DNA of 64,000 nt from Ruditapes philippinarum (lineage: Eukaryota): contig NW_026862826.1 in assembly GCF_026571515.1 (NCBI RefSeq), positions 1 through 64,000 of the forward strand. Direction: 5' to 3'. A program made the translations under genes and the position numbers. Shown piece by piece: positions 1 through 11,700 of the stretch. Under the pieces are notes generated by a model. That model did not search any database, was not told the origin of the DNA, and saw nothing but the letters and a program-made list of their open reading frames with translations. How positions within the stretch are numbered: the stretch's first letter is position 1; every line of letters starts with the position of its first letter.

Positions 1-140
1 CCCGCGCACCCGCGCAGTCCGATCAGGATCCACGCTGCTCGCTAACAGTTTCTCTACTTGTAATAGGGTTTGTGAGCGCAGGCCGGTCTGGATCCATGCC
101 GGCCGCAAACCCACTACGTTGGCGCCGTCGCGACACAGCT
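1..140. mobile_element. 3' part of a short GC-rich hairpin MITE-like repeat, cut by the window start
   Basis: GC-rich island with repeated GGATCCA(T/C)GC motifs. Resembles, from memory, a common clam foldback repeat. Confidence 0.45.
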
Positions 141-1094
141 AAAATGATCTATATTAAGTAGCGCGGAATCGGAATCTTTCGCTTGAGTAATTTTAATTGT
201 AAACGTTGTAAAACGGTATGTTTACATAAGGCGAGACGGAATTTTTTCTATCTTTTTTTTTTGAAATTAAGTTTCAAAAAGCTGTAATTGTAGTCTGATC
301 TAAATTTGTATTAATGCCTCGTTAAACATTTTGACCTGCCAGTCATTTATGTTGCAGTTATTATCTAAAAGATAATTCCTTTGTTTACATTGGTGATTAG
401 AACTGCACTGACCACACCCCGCCAAAATTTAATGTACAGGTGACTGTCATTAAGGTAATCATTCAATCGAAATCATAATATTTAAGTTCTATTCTAATTC
501 AATATCAGACTAATTGGACATTGGTAACAATAATAATTAATTAAATAATTGATTAATCAATTAATTTATTCATTTATCTATNNNNNNNNNNNNNNNNNNN
601 NNNNNNNNNNNNNNNNNNNNNNNNNNNNNNNNNNNNNNNNNNNNNNNNNNNNNNNNNNNNNNNNNNNNNNNNNNNNNNNNNNNNNNNNNNNNNNNNNNNN
701 NNNNNNNNNNNNNNNNNNNNNNNNNNNNNNNNNNNNNNNNNNNNNNNNNNNNNNNNNATAAAAAAATCAAAAAAATCATTCATTTAATTATAAATATATA
801 AATAGACAGATAATAAATAATTAAATGAATAGGTTAATAACTCAATGAACTAATAGATAATTAAACTTATAATTTAATTAAATGAATAAATAAATAAAAA
901 AATTAGTCAATTGATAAATTAATAAACTAATATTCTAATAAACTAATAAATTAATAAATTGATTAGATAAATAAATTAATTAATAAATTTATAAATTCAT
1001 AAATTAATTCATTCGTTAATGTAACAAATGTCCAATTAGTCTGATATTGAATTAGAATGGATCTGAAATATTATGATTTCGATTGGATGATTAC

Positions 1095-4000
1095 TTTTTG
1101 GTGGTCTGATACCTGAAAGGCAAATTTTACTTCCGCTCACATATTTTTGATAATTTTATCGTTTTTAAATCTTATAAAGAACTTTAAATTTATTGATTTT
1201 AATTATTATAAATCAAGAATGGAACTTGCAAGAACTGTAATCACCATGATGTTATGTGTACTACACTTGTGTAGAGCGGTAAGCGAGGACAATTTGTGCG
1301 GTGTGTATGTTACCCCACCCACTCATAACTGTTACAGGATCGGATCAGCTGGTCAAGTTACTTTCTACCAGAACTTTATTAGCACATATTTAGAATCAGA
1401 TAAGAAACATTTACAACCACACAGCTATAGTGCGAGTAGCAAAGATGTTCTACCTGTTTGTCTCTTACTTTGCGGAGATATTCACCCATGTCCGGGGCCA
1501 ACAGAGACAAACTCTGAATCTTTTCAACACTTTCGTAAAAGAGGTCTTCACTTCATACACTTAAACATTAGAAGTATTCTTCCTAAAATTGATGAATTAA
1601 GGGATATAGCAATGAAAACTAGGGCTGCGGTGATTGGTATTACTGAAACCTGGCTGGATGAGTTCGTTTTTGAGTCTGAAATAAACATTCCTGGCTACTC
1701 TGTTGTTACACGTGACAGAAATAGAGAGGGAGGAGGTGTCTGCATTTTTATACGTAATAACTTGATTTTTAATAACAGAAATGATTTACTCACTGATGAA
1801 ATGGAAGCCCTTTGGATTGAGATTTTACTGCCACACTCAAAACCTATTTTATGTGGCGTTATATACAGACCGCCAAAACAATTAACATTCTACACTTTAT
1901 TTGAGTCTGTGATGTCATCTTTTTCGGAGTTTTCGGAATTTGAAACTATCATCCTTGGGATTTTTAATACTGATGTTTTAAACCGTTCAAGTACTTGTGT
2001 TTTAGTGAAATCATTAAATACTATTTTAAGTTTTATGAATTACACCCAGTTAATCTCAGAACCAACAAGATGCACTGTTACATCAGCAACAGCAATTGAT
2101 TTGATATTAGTATCCGACAACAGCAGGATCTCACAAAGTGGTGTAGTACCTATTGGAATTAGTGACCATTATTTAACCTTTTGTACAAGGAAATTAAGGA
2201 GCCTTGACAAAGATTCTACTGATCATAATACAGTAAATTTACGTTCAATGAAAAATTACAGCAAAGTTATTTTCCAGGAAAAATTATCAACTCTTGACTG
2301 GATGTCTATTCTATATTGTGATGAGATGTTATCAAAGCATGGTCTATTTTTAAAAAAAATATTTTTTGAGTGTTATTGATGAAATTGCTCCAGTGAAGCA
2401 AACACGCATGAAAACTCGAACAGAGCCTTGGATGAGCAGTGATTTACTTGATTTGATTCAACAGAGAGATAAACTTTGTGAAAAATTTAAAAAATCCCGT
2501 AGTGAAGAAGATTCATACTTTATAAACTAATTAGAAATCAAGTGCAATATCAAAATAAAAAAGTGTAAAACTGATTTTATCAAACAAAAATATTGAAGAC
2601 CACAGGACTGACTCGAAAAAGTTATGGAAAACATTAAAAGGTTTAGGTGTACCATCAAAAAAAGACTCTTCGTCTTCAAATATAGGTTTAAACATCAATA
2701 ATAGTTAATGTTTTGATAAATTTTGTGTTGCTGAAAAATTTAATGAATTTTTTACGACTGTTGCTCAAAAGTTAGTTGAAAAACTTCCTACTAGTATGAA
2801 TAATTTTGGAAAAACTTTATATTATATTTTTATAGTAAAAAGGGTGTTGTACGTAACAGTTTTTCTTATCTGTTGTTACTAAGGAACTGTAATTAAGTAC
2901 TTAAATAAACTAGGGGTCAATAAAGCTACAGGCTTGGATGGTATACCTGCGCGATTTATAAAGGATAGTGTTCACAACATTGCTGAACCCCTTACTCATA
3001 TACTTAATTTGTCCATTATTACTGGTATTGTTCCGGATGATCTCAAGTCTGCCCGTGTTGTTCCATTGTATAAAAAAATAATAAGACTGAACCTGGTAAT
3101 TATCGACCAGTGTCTATTTTAAGTGTAGTGTCCAAGGTCCTTGAGAGAATTATTTATGACCAAGTAGAGAGTTACTTATCAGAGAAAAACCTACTTTATA
3201 CCCATCAGTCTGGTTTTAGCAAGACATAGATATTCTACTGACATTGCCTTTTACACCTTTACAGATTTCATTAAATTTGAAATGGATAAAGGTAATTATG
3301 TTGGTATGGCCTTTTAGATTTACAAAAGGCGTTCGACACTGTCGATCATGATATTTTTACTCATGAAAACTTGATGCTATGGGGTTTTCTAGTGATGTTA
3401 TTCACTGGTTTAGGTCTTTACTTATCTAGCCGTACACAAATGGTCAATGTCTCCGGTGTAACTTTCATCTAGCGCCAATGTAACGTGTGGGGTACCCAAG
3501 GTTCGATCCTTGGCCCTCTCCTATTCTTGATTTATGTTAATGATATGGAGGCTGTGGTTCGTAATAAATTGCTTCTATATATGCTGAAATGACTCAGGTA
3601 TTTTAGTATCAGGTAAAGATATCCAGTATATTACCTCTCAGCTTACTGATGATCTCAGCAGTGTGAGTAAGTGGCTCACTGATAAAACTTTCCTTACATC
3701 TTTGGAAAGAACAGAGTCTATTTAATTTGCGTCTAAACCAAAGACTAGCATGGTGATCAACTTAAATATTGTAGTAATGGTATACAATAACATCCACAAA
3801 TCTGTTTAAAAATATTGGTGCTGACCTAGATTCAATGTCTATTGGTGAGTCTTAGCCAACCAGGTATTAAAGAAGCCAATGCAAAACTTAAGTTTTTATA
3901 TACTAGAAAAAGTTCATTTTAAATAGTATAATAAACAACTTTTAGTTCTTCATTAATACCAATGTCATTTTGATTATGCGGGTGCCTCCTGGTATTTAGG

Positions 4001-4853
4001 GTTGAGTCAAAATCTAAAAAATAGACTTCAGGCCACACAGAATAAGTTGGTGAGAGTTTATACTTAATCTCAGTCCCGTACTTCATATAGGGAGGGCTCA
4101 TTTGAGGAAGTTTGTTGGTGCATACATTCTGAGGGCTAAATTTCTATATCTTGGTCATGGTACATAAGGAATCATAACAAAAGTGCACCTAGTTATTTAA
4201 ATGCGCATTCAAACTTGCAAAGAAGGTACATTCTACTCTCCACTCGATACGAGATAGTATACGAATTATTCTATCCAGAAGTTTAAGGTTCGGTAACGAA
4301 AAACATTGTATTTAATGGTGTCAGAATGGAATAGGTTACTAACACATCTGATCTAGTTCATTCAGCAAGTCGTGATAATTTTAAAAATCTCCTTAAGGAA
4401 ACATTTTTGCAAATCAATATCTGTTTAGTCCCATTTAATCTAGTCATACTACCTAGTTAATTAATTCTTTGTATGTTTAGTGCATATTTTTAGTAGTGAC
4501 CTATTCATTGTCAAACATACTGTCATAATAATATAGATTATAATACATGTGTGATAAATTTTGTGATGGAAATACTATGTGCAATAACTGATATAAAAAT
4601 TATGATTGAATAATTTATGTGCAGATACTTAAAATTAGTAAATATTTGCCTTTCTGGTGTCATATGATCAATTCTAAGGACCACAATGGAAATAAGTCGG
4701 CTTATGCCTTCTTTTTGTGTTCATCCTTGGTATTGAATATATGGCATCAACACATGCACTTCATGTTTACATTATCTCTTGATGTTTTGACATTGAATTT
4801 GTAGTTGTTTTATGAATGACAATGTATTTTTACCCAGAATAAAACTATCTATC
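1095..4853 (+). mobile_element. Near full-length CR1/L2-group LINE (APE endonuclease + reverse transcriptase)
   Basis: APE motifs HLNIRS, GITETWL, RDRNREGGGV, IYRPP, IDLIL, SDH. RT motifs LDLQKAFDTVDH (~3314), GSILGPLLFLIYVNDM (~3500) and a disrupted YADD (~3580). AATAAA at 4838 followed by an (ATCT)n tail; 3-bp TAC duplication at the ends. Confidence 0.93.
1219..2379 (+). CDS. LINE ORF2 N-terminal part: hydrophobic leader, 2A-like motif, APE endonuclease; continues by frameshifts into RT to ~4400
   Basis: Part of the 410-aa ORF 1147-2379; first ATG at 1219. Downstream frames carry RT motifs, e.g. 2934-3122 DGIPARFIKD...KSARVVPLYKK. Confidence 0.85.
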   Translation: MELARTVITMMLCVLHLCRAVSEDNLCGVYVTPPTHNCYRIGSAGQVTFYQNFISTYLESDKKHLQPHSYSASSKDVLPVCLLLCGDIHPCPGPTETNSESFQHFRKRGLHFIHLNIRSILPKIDELRDIAMKTRAAVIGITETWLDEFVFESEINIPGYSVVTRDRNREGGGVCIFIRNNLIFNNRNDLLTDEMEALWIEILLPHSKPILCGVIYRPPKQLTFYTLFESVMSSFSEFSEFETIILGIFNTDVLNRSSTCVLVKSLNTILSFMNYTQLISEPTRCTVTSATAIDLILVSDNSRISQSGVVPIGISDHYLTFCTRKLRSLDKDSTDHNTVNLRSMKNYSKVIFQEKLSTLDWMSILYCDEMLSKHGLFLKKIFFECY

Positions 4854-5711
4854 TACCGTAAGTTTCATAAACAGTATGACAGTCACCTGTACATTAAATT
4901 TGGGCGGGGCGTGGTCAGTGCAGTTCTAATTATCCAAATGAAAACAAAGAATTATCTTTCGGATAATAAACTTGATTGGATAGCAACATAAATGACTGGC
5001 AAAGGTCTGAATTGCCCCCTAAAAGAATGTCTGACACCCACTTGAACGTGTGAAAAACATAACCATCGAAGGTCATAAATTACGTATTAAACATCCTTTA
5101 AAGTTCACAGAGATCAATTAAGTTTTATTTCCCTTCATGATGGGGCTTTTTCATAACAGCATTATTATATAAAAGACACACACACACACACACCACACAC
5201 AGAAAAAAAGAAGAAAAAAACACGGTTTAAAAGAAATGAAAAATAAAGAAAATGAGGATGTTGATCATTTGAAAATAAATAGTTCATATATAATATGTAA
5301 GTTATAATAATTTATACATGTACGCCGTTTGTAAACGGAAATTAGAGCGTTTAAGATGTTTTCTCGTCCTGTTTTCATTGATCTCTTTCTTTCTTTGTAA
5401 TAATTGAATGGCTATTGTGTAAAAAGCGGCGTATTTTGAAAATCGTGTAGCACGTTCATTTAGAGCACTTAAATAACAAATCTTTTTTTTACATAAATTT
5501 AAACTTGTACAACACGCCAAAAGAAACAAAACAGCATATATTTTAATGTATTAGCGAGGAAAAAAGAAATCACACATAAGTAAACTGACATGAAGGTTAA
5601 CAAAATAAGGTAGTGATTTTCCTATGTCATCAATTAATATGGCGGCAGAAACTACCGATTACTTATTTTTTTTTATATTACTTATTATTTTTTTTTTTTT
5701 TTATATATTAC

Positions 5712-5756
5712 TCATTCATTCATTTCATTCATTCATTCATTCATTCATTCATTCAT
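5712..5756. repeat. (TTCA)n microsatellite in the spacer between inverted arms
   Basis: Direct reading of the sequence. Confidence 0.9.
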
Positions 5757-8700
5757 ATAGAAACTATCTGCCGCCATTTTAATTGATGACGTAGGAAAAT
5801 CACTACCTAATTTTGTTAACCTTCATGTCAGATATACTTATTGTATTTCTTTTCCTCGCTAATACATCAAAATATATGCTGTTTTGTTTCATTTTGGCGT
5901 GTTTACAAGTTATTAATATCCAAAACAAAAATGCTTTTTGATATTTAAGTGCTCTAAATGGAACGTGCCTTTACGAATTTTCAAATACGGCCGTTTTTAA
6001 CACAAATAGCCATTCAATTATTCAAACTGGATTTGTAAACAAAGAAAGAAAGAGATCAATGCAACGGACAAAAAACATCCTAAAACGCTATAATTTATGT
6101 TACAAATATGCCAATTTACGGCGTACATTGTACATACTAATTTGTAAATTTACATTAAATTATTATGAACTATTCATTTTGAAATGATTTCAACATCCTC
6201 ATTTTTTTTCTTTCTTTTTTTTTTTATCATTCTTTACAAAAACCGTTTTTTCTTGTTGTTTTTGTGTGTGTCTAATGCAGTTATGAAAAAGCCCCATCAT
6301 CAAGGGGGTTAATAATAAAACTTAATTGTCTCTGGGAATCAAAGGATGTGTAAATTGAATACGTAATTTTATGACGCTTCGATGGTTTTATGTTTTTCAC
6401 ACGTTCAAGTGGGGTCAACATTCTTTTAGGGGGGAATCGACCTGACAGTCATTTTAAATTTGGCTACCAATCAAGTTATTATCCGAAAGATAATTCCTTT
6501 GCTTTCATTGTGAATTAAGAAACTGCAATACACCACCCCCGCCAAATTTAATGTACAGGTGACTGTCATACTGTTTTATTGAAACTTACGGTAAATCACG
6601 CAATTTCGAAAATCATAATATTTCAGATCTATTCTAAATCAAATATCAGACTAATTGGAAACATTGGTTACTTTAATGAATGAATTAAATTATTAATTTA
6701 TAATTAATTAATAACTTTTATTTATTTAAATCAATTTATTAAACTTATTGGTTTATTTTTTATTTAATTGATTTATAAAATTTAATATATTTAATTTAAT
6801 TTATAAGTTAATTTTAATTTTAGATTATTCAATTTAATGCATTATCAATATATTTTATCAATTTTTTATTTTTTCTATCTATTATATAATTAAATTAATT
6901 GAATTTGAATGAGATGAATGAATNNNNNNNNNNNNNNNNNNNNNNNNNNNNNNNNNNNNNNNNNNNNNNNNNNNNNNNNNNNNNNNNNNNNNNNNNNNNN
7001 NNNNNNNNNNNNNNNNNNNNNNNNNNNNNNNNNNNNNNNNNNNNNNNNNNNNNNNNNNNNNNNNNGCCATTCTAATTTGATGACGGGGATATTACTTTGT
7101 TAACCTTCATCGTCATTTATACTTATGTGTATTCTTTTCCTCGCATATACATAAAAATATATGCGTTTGTTTCATTTGGCGTGTTTGTACAAGTTATTTT
7201 TGTAATTAAAACAAAAAATGTTTTGTTATTAAAGTGCTCTAAATGAACGTGCAATTTACGAAAATGTACGATTTTAAATACGTGGTCTTTTTTAGCCACA
7301 AATAGCCATTCATTATTAAACTGGAGTTGTAAAAAAAGAAAGAAAGAGATCATGAAGCAGACGAAAAACTCCTAAACGCCTTAAATAATGTTCTGTTTAC
7401 AAACTATGCCAAATTTACGGCGTATCATGAAATATATAACTTGTTAACTTACATTATTATTAGTGAACTATTATTTTCAAATGATACAACATCCATTTTT
7501 TTTTTTTTTTTAAATTTTTTATTATTCTTTTTAAACTGTGTTTCCCCTTTTTTTCCTTGTGTGTGTGTGTGGTCTCTTTTATATAATTATTTGCTGTTAA
7601 GAAAAGCCCATCATGAAAGGGTAATAAAGATAATTGATCTCAATTGCTAATTAGAACTGCACTGACCAAACCACAGCCCGCCCGAATTAATGTACAGTTG
7701 ACTGTCATAACAATTAATTAATTTTATTTTATTTAAATGCAATTTTTTTAAAAAAAATTTAATTTATTAATTCATCAAATTTACCAATCTAATTAATTTT
7801 ATTTATTGATTTCTTTATTCAATTGTTTATTTTTATATTTATAATTAAATTGATGAATGAATGAAATGAATAAATGAATGGAATGAATGATGAATGAATG
7901 AATTAATGAAATTTATTTATGAATAATTAATTAAAATTGACGTCAAAATAACTGTTTAAATAATTTTTTTTTAAATATTTTACAATGTATAATAAACTTA
8001 TTTATTTTAAGTCTCATTCATGCACATACACAAAATAAATTCCCATAAGCAAACATAAAACACAGAAAAGTAACATGACTATTCAATCATTGAACTAAAA
8101 GTGACGTAAAACATTTATATAACACGGGGGGGGGGAAACTATCAAACTATCATAAAAATTATATCCTACTATAAATAATAACTATAACTACAACAGAAAA
8201 ATATTAAAAACTAATGGAAAGAAATATTACATTTTTATATTTTAATGATTAAAAAAAAAAAGGGTCGCTATTTAATTTTAAATGAAACTTAAGGTAAATT
8301 CCAAGCGAAATATAATATTTCAGATATTATTTTAATTTCAATTATTAGACTTTATTGGGACATTTGTAAACATTTAATTCATAAAAAACCAATTTAATTA
8401 ATTTTCTATTTAAATCAATTTATTAAAAAAAAGTATTTATTTAATTTTAATTTTGGGGAAGTTTTTCCGCACCATTTTAATTTTTTGGGAGATTTCTCCC
8501 ATTTACTAAATGGGTTAGTTCAGCCCAATGGGAGAATTCCCCCAAAATTCCCTTTAAATATAATTCCTTGAATACATAAGTTTTATTATAAATATTATAA
8601 TATTCAACATATGTAAAAATTATTTAGAAAAAAATTTTTTTTTTCTGCCCACGGTTTTTTAATTCTCCCACTTTAAGAAATGGGGTTTCAACCCCCACTA

Positions 8701-11700
8701 AAGTCCCAGTGGCAGATACGTAAAAACCCGTTGGGAGAATTTTGAAAAACCCCATGGGAGGTCACACTTTGACCGCTCACACGCAGGCGTTTTTTATTGG
8801 GCGCTATTTTTGTGTAATCGGTTTAATAATCGTCTATTTTTTATCCAAATTATGTTTGATTTTTAACTTTTTGTATTAAACTTTTTTAAAAAAAGGGTAT
8901 TTTGAAGTTTGCGAAAATTTTCCCGGATTTTTGGCAAACTTATTCCCGGAGGCTGTTTATTGCTTTTCTATTAAATAGCATGCGTTGGAAAAAATATTTT
9001 TGCTCAATTTTTTTTTTACCCATGAAGCTCACTTATTTCATCATGAAAATAGTTGCACGGAACTGCCCTCAAAAAGACTAAAAGTTTTATAATATATTTT
9101 TAAATTTCAACACCATGTGTAATTCTGACATGTTTTGTTGCCAAAAGGTTATAATCTGGCAAAGAGAATTTAGTATGCATGGCATATATAAAAAAACAAC
9201 TTTTAAAAAAACGAGGTGCGCTTAGACTACCCATCGTTATCGTTGTTGTAAACTAAGCGGAATATAATATTAACAAATGGGGTATATATTAATCTGTATG
9301 CCAGTAATGGCAACCCCCTCTAGAAGACGAAGCCACTCCCTCATTTGATGCGTTAAGAGGATGGACAAAGTTTATTTCATTAAATATCATAACGAGGTAT
9401 ATTCATGTACATCATATAGTGTATAGTCAAAGTGTATAGTTTGATCCAGAAAAAACATCAAAAATGACATTTTGTAAAGAAAACTTGCATTGGTTTCAGT
9501 TAAGAATGAAAAATTTACAAACTGTACATTACCGATTCTTGAAATGTTGAACAATGACTCAAAAGAAAGTCTGCTATTAACATCAAAAGTAGAAAAAGGA
9601 CTTGCTTACCAAAATATTAGATAATTTGCATTTTAACGTACATTAAAAATCAAGGCCACGATAAACACTTCGTGTCAGTAGATGGGAATAACGGTGTAAA
9701 CAGAAAAATTGTGCAGGGAATAACAACGCTTCAATGGAATATTTTTCCGGTAAATAGTTTCTGTCCGGCACATAAAGTCATTTCCAATAAAATTGTTCGA
9801 AACCCTTTTATGTATTCAAGTTTTGATTTTTTTTTAAGCATGCATGTGTGGCACAATAATTATCCTTTAAACATGTTTTCAAATAATCAGCCTTTGGTAA
9901 ATTACCTTCATAAAAGTCAAAATTATTTTGAAATATAAAAGGTTTCAATTCCGCCTCAACTTGACAACGAAAATTATGAGCATAATGCATTTAAGCCATA
10001 CCGTAATGTTGTTGTTAGCTATTAATTCTTAATTCAACTTTTTATTTCAAATAGAAAGAGCACGGCTTCAAACTCAGGGTGTTTTGCCCATCATGGACGG
10101 ATTCGTTTTTTTCTCCGTGGACAATTATGGATCTTAAACAATTGATCTAATGGTTCATTATCTCTCACCGCTGATTCAGTAATTATCTAGGAATTTAGTT
10201 GTCGGTTTCACTTTGCGTGGTTTTAATTTCTGGGGTCATACCGCCGAGATGACACAATAAATTGTTAAAAAACCAAAGAAACGTTCTTATGTATAACCCA
10301 TGAAAAATAATATTTTGACTGTTCAAAATTTGTGTTTAAGAAGTCTGGTAATGCTTAACAGGAGCAAGTCGTTTTTTCATGAGGGATGAAAACTTTAAAA
10401 ACACCATTGTGTACAGATGAAGTAAAGGCAGATTTTTTCTCCCTTAAATGAGCTTTATATCGGTCTTCTTATATTTGTTAGGCAATAGTATCTCATTACA
10501 GAGAAATAAGATTATTAAATAAAATTGCTTAGCTATTTATCCAAGAAATACTAAAATATTAACTTATTTAAATTTTAACTCATTTCTAAATAAAAACACT
10601 GCGTTAGAAAAATCTTGATTTTGCATATTGTTTTGTAAGTTTTCGTCAAAATTTGATACCACTTCTTTGAATACCAATTCCCTTTAATGTAAATTCATAT
10701 TAACAAATGCCTACGAATTATTTAGAATACACCAAAGCTGCCAAAAAAATAAAATTTACAAATTTTTTCCCAAGTATGTAGCACAAGATAATAATTATAA
10801 GCTTGCTTCTGATTGAAAAATATAACATAATCGAAGCATTTTTTTTACATTATTTGTTAATTCAGTTTTTTAACGATTTCCTCTGCTGCTCGTCTATATA
10901 TGTGTGGAGATTTTAGGATTAATTTGAATGTCACCTTCTCTTGCTCTATGTCAAATTTGTAATAGTCAGAAATGATTATAATCAACGATCTTTTAAGTTG
11001 AGAAATGTAAGTAAACGTTATATATTTACATAAAAAAACTTTAAAATATTTTATTTATTTTCTTATCAACTTTTCGCGTTTAAAATTTTTTTGGGGGCCC
11101 TGAAGGGCATAGATAAAAACATTAAGAACTAATATTAAAAACAAAATTGTGGGGGTAAATTGCATTTCTTTAAACATTCATTTTTTTTTTTTTAAGCGTT
11201 AATTTTTTCGCCCCGCTTTTGGGAAAAAATATGCAAACAAAGATTTGACATCCCGAAATTTTTAAAATTGAAATTATTAGAATTTACCCCCAGTGTGAGA
11301 AATTGTTTCGTGTTTTAAATTTATACAATCACCCTTTTTGGACATATTTGAAATAAAAATTTTTTTTATAAATTTTTTAAACTTTTAAATTTTTTTCGAT
11401 TTAAATTTTAGTTGCTGATGCTGTAATTGCTAATTTCCCAAATTTTTTGTGGGGCCTTTTTTAAAGGGGAAGGGGAAAATTAAAATTTTTTTAGTAAGGT
11501 TTAAGAATTCATGGCAGACCAATAATATGATTTAATTACAATTTTGGAATAGCGCGCATCAATAGTTTGCTATAGGCGTTTGAGTTGTTCCTAAGGGGGC
11601 AATCACGCAAAAAAATCTAAAACGCTTTTTAGCTGCCGTTATTTAAATGTGCAAGCTTTCTCTTTAATTCAGTCAATTATCTGGCGTTGAAAATGACTCC

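Larger units (their letters stand above)
334..7710. repeat. ~1.2-kb unit repeated locally about 4 times in inverted and direct orientation
   Basis: Arm A 334-581 (+), arm B 758-1094 plus 4854-5650 (-), arm C 5768-6923 (+), arm D 7066-7710 (+). Example: aatgtacaggtgactgtcat at ~431 and ~6550, a one-mismatch copy at ~7689, and the reverse complement at ~4876. Confidence 0.85.

Noticed and set aside
549-783. ORFs rich in X (also 6882-7103 and 54997-55390)
   Set aside because: They span assembly N-gaps.
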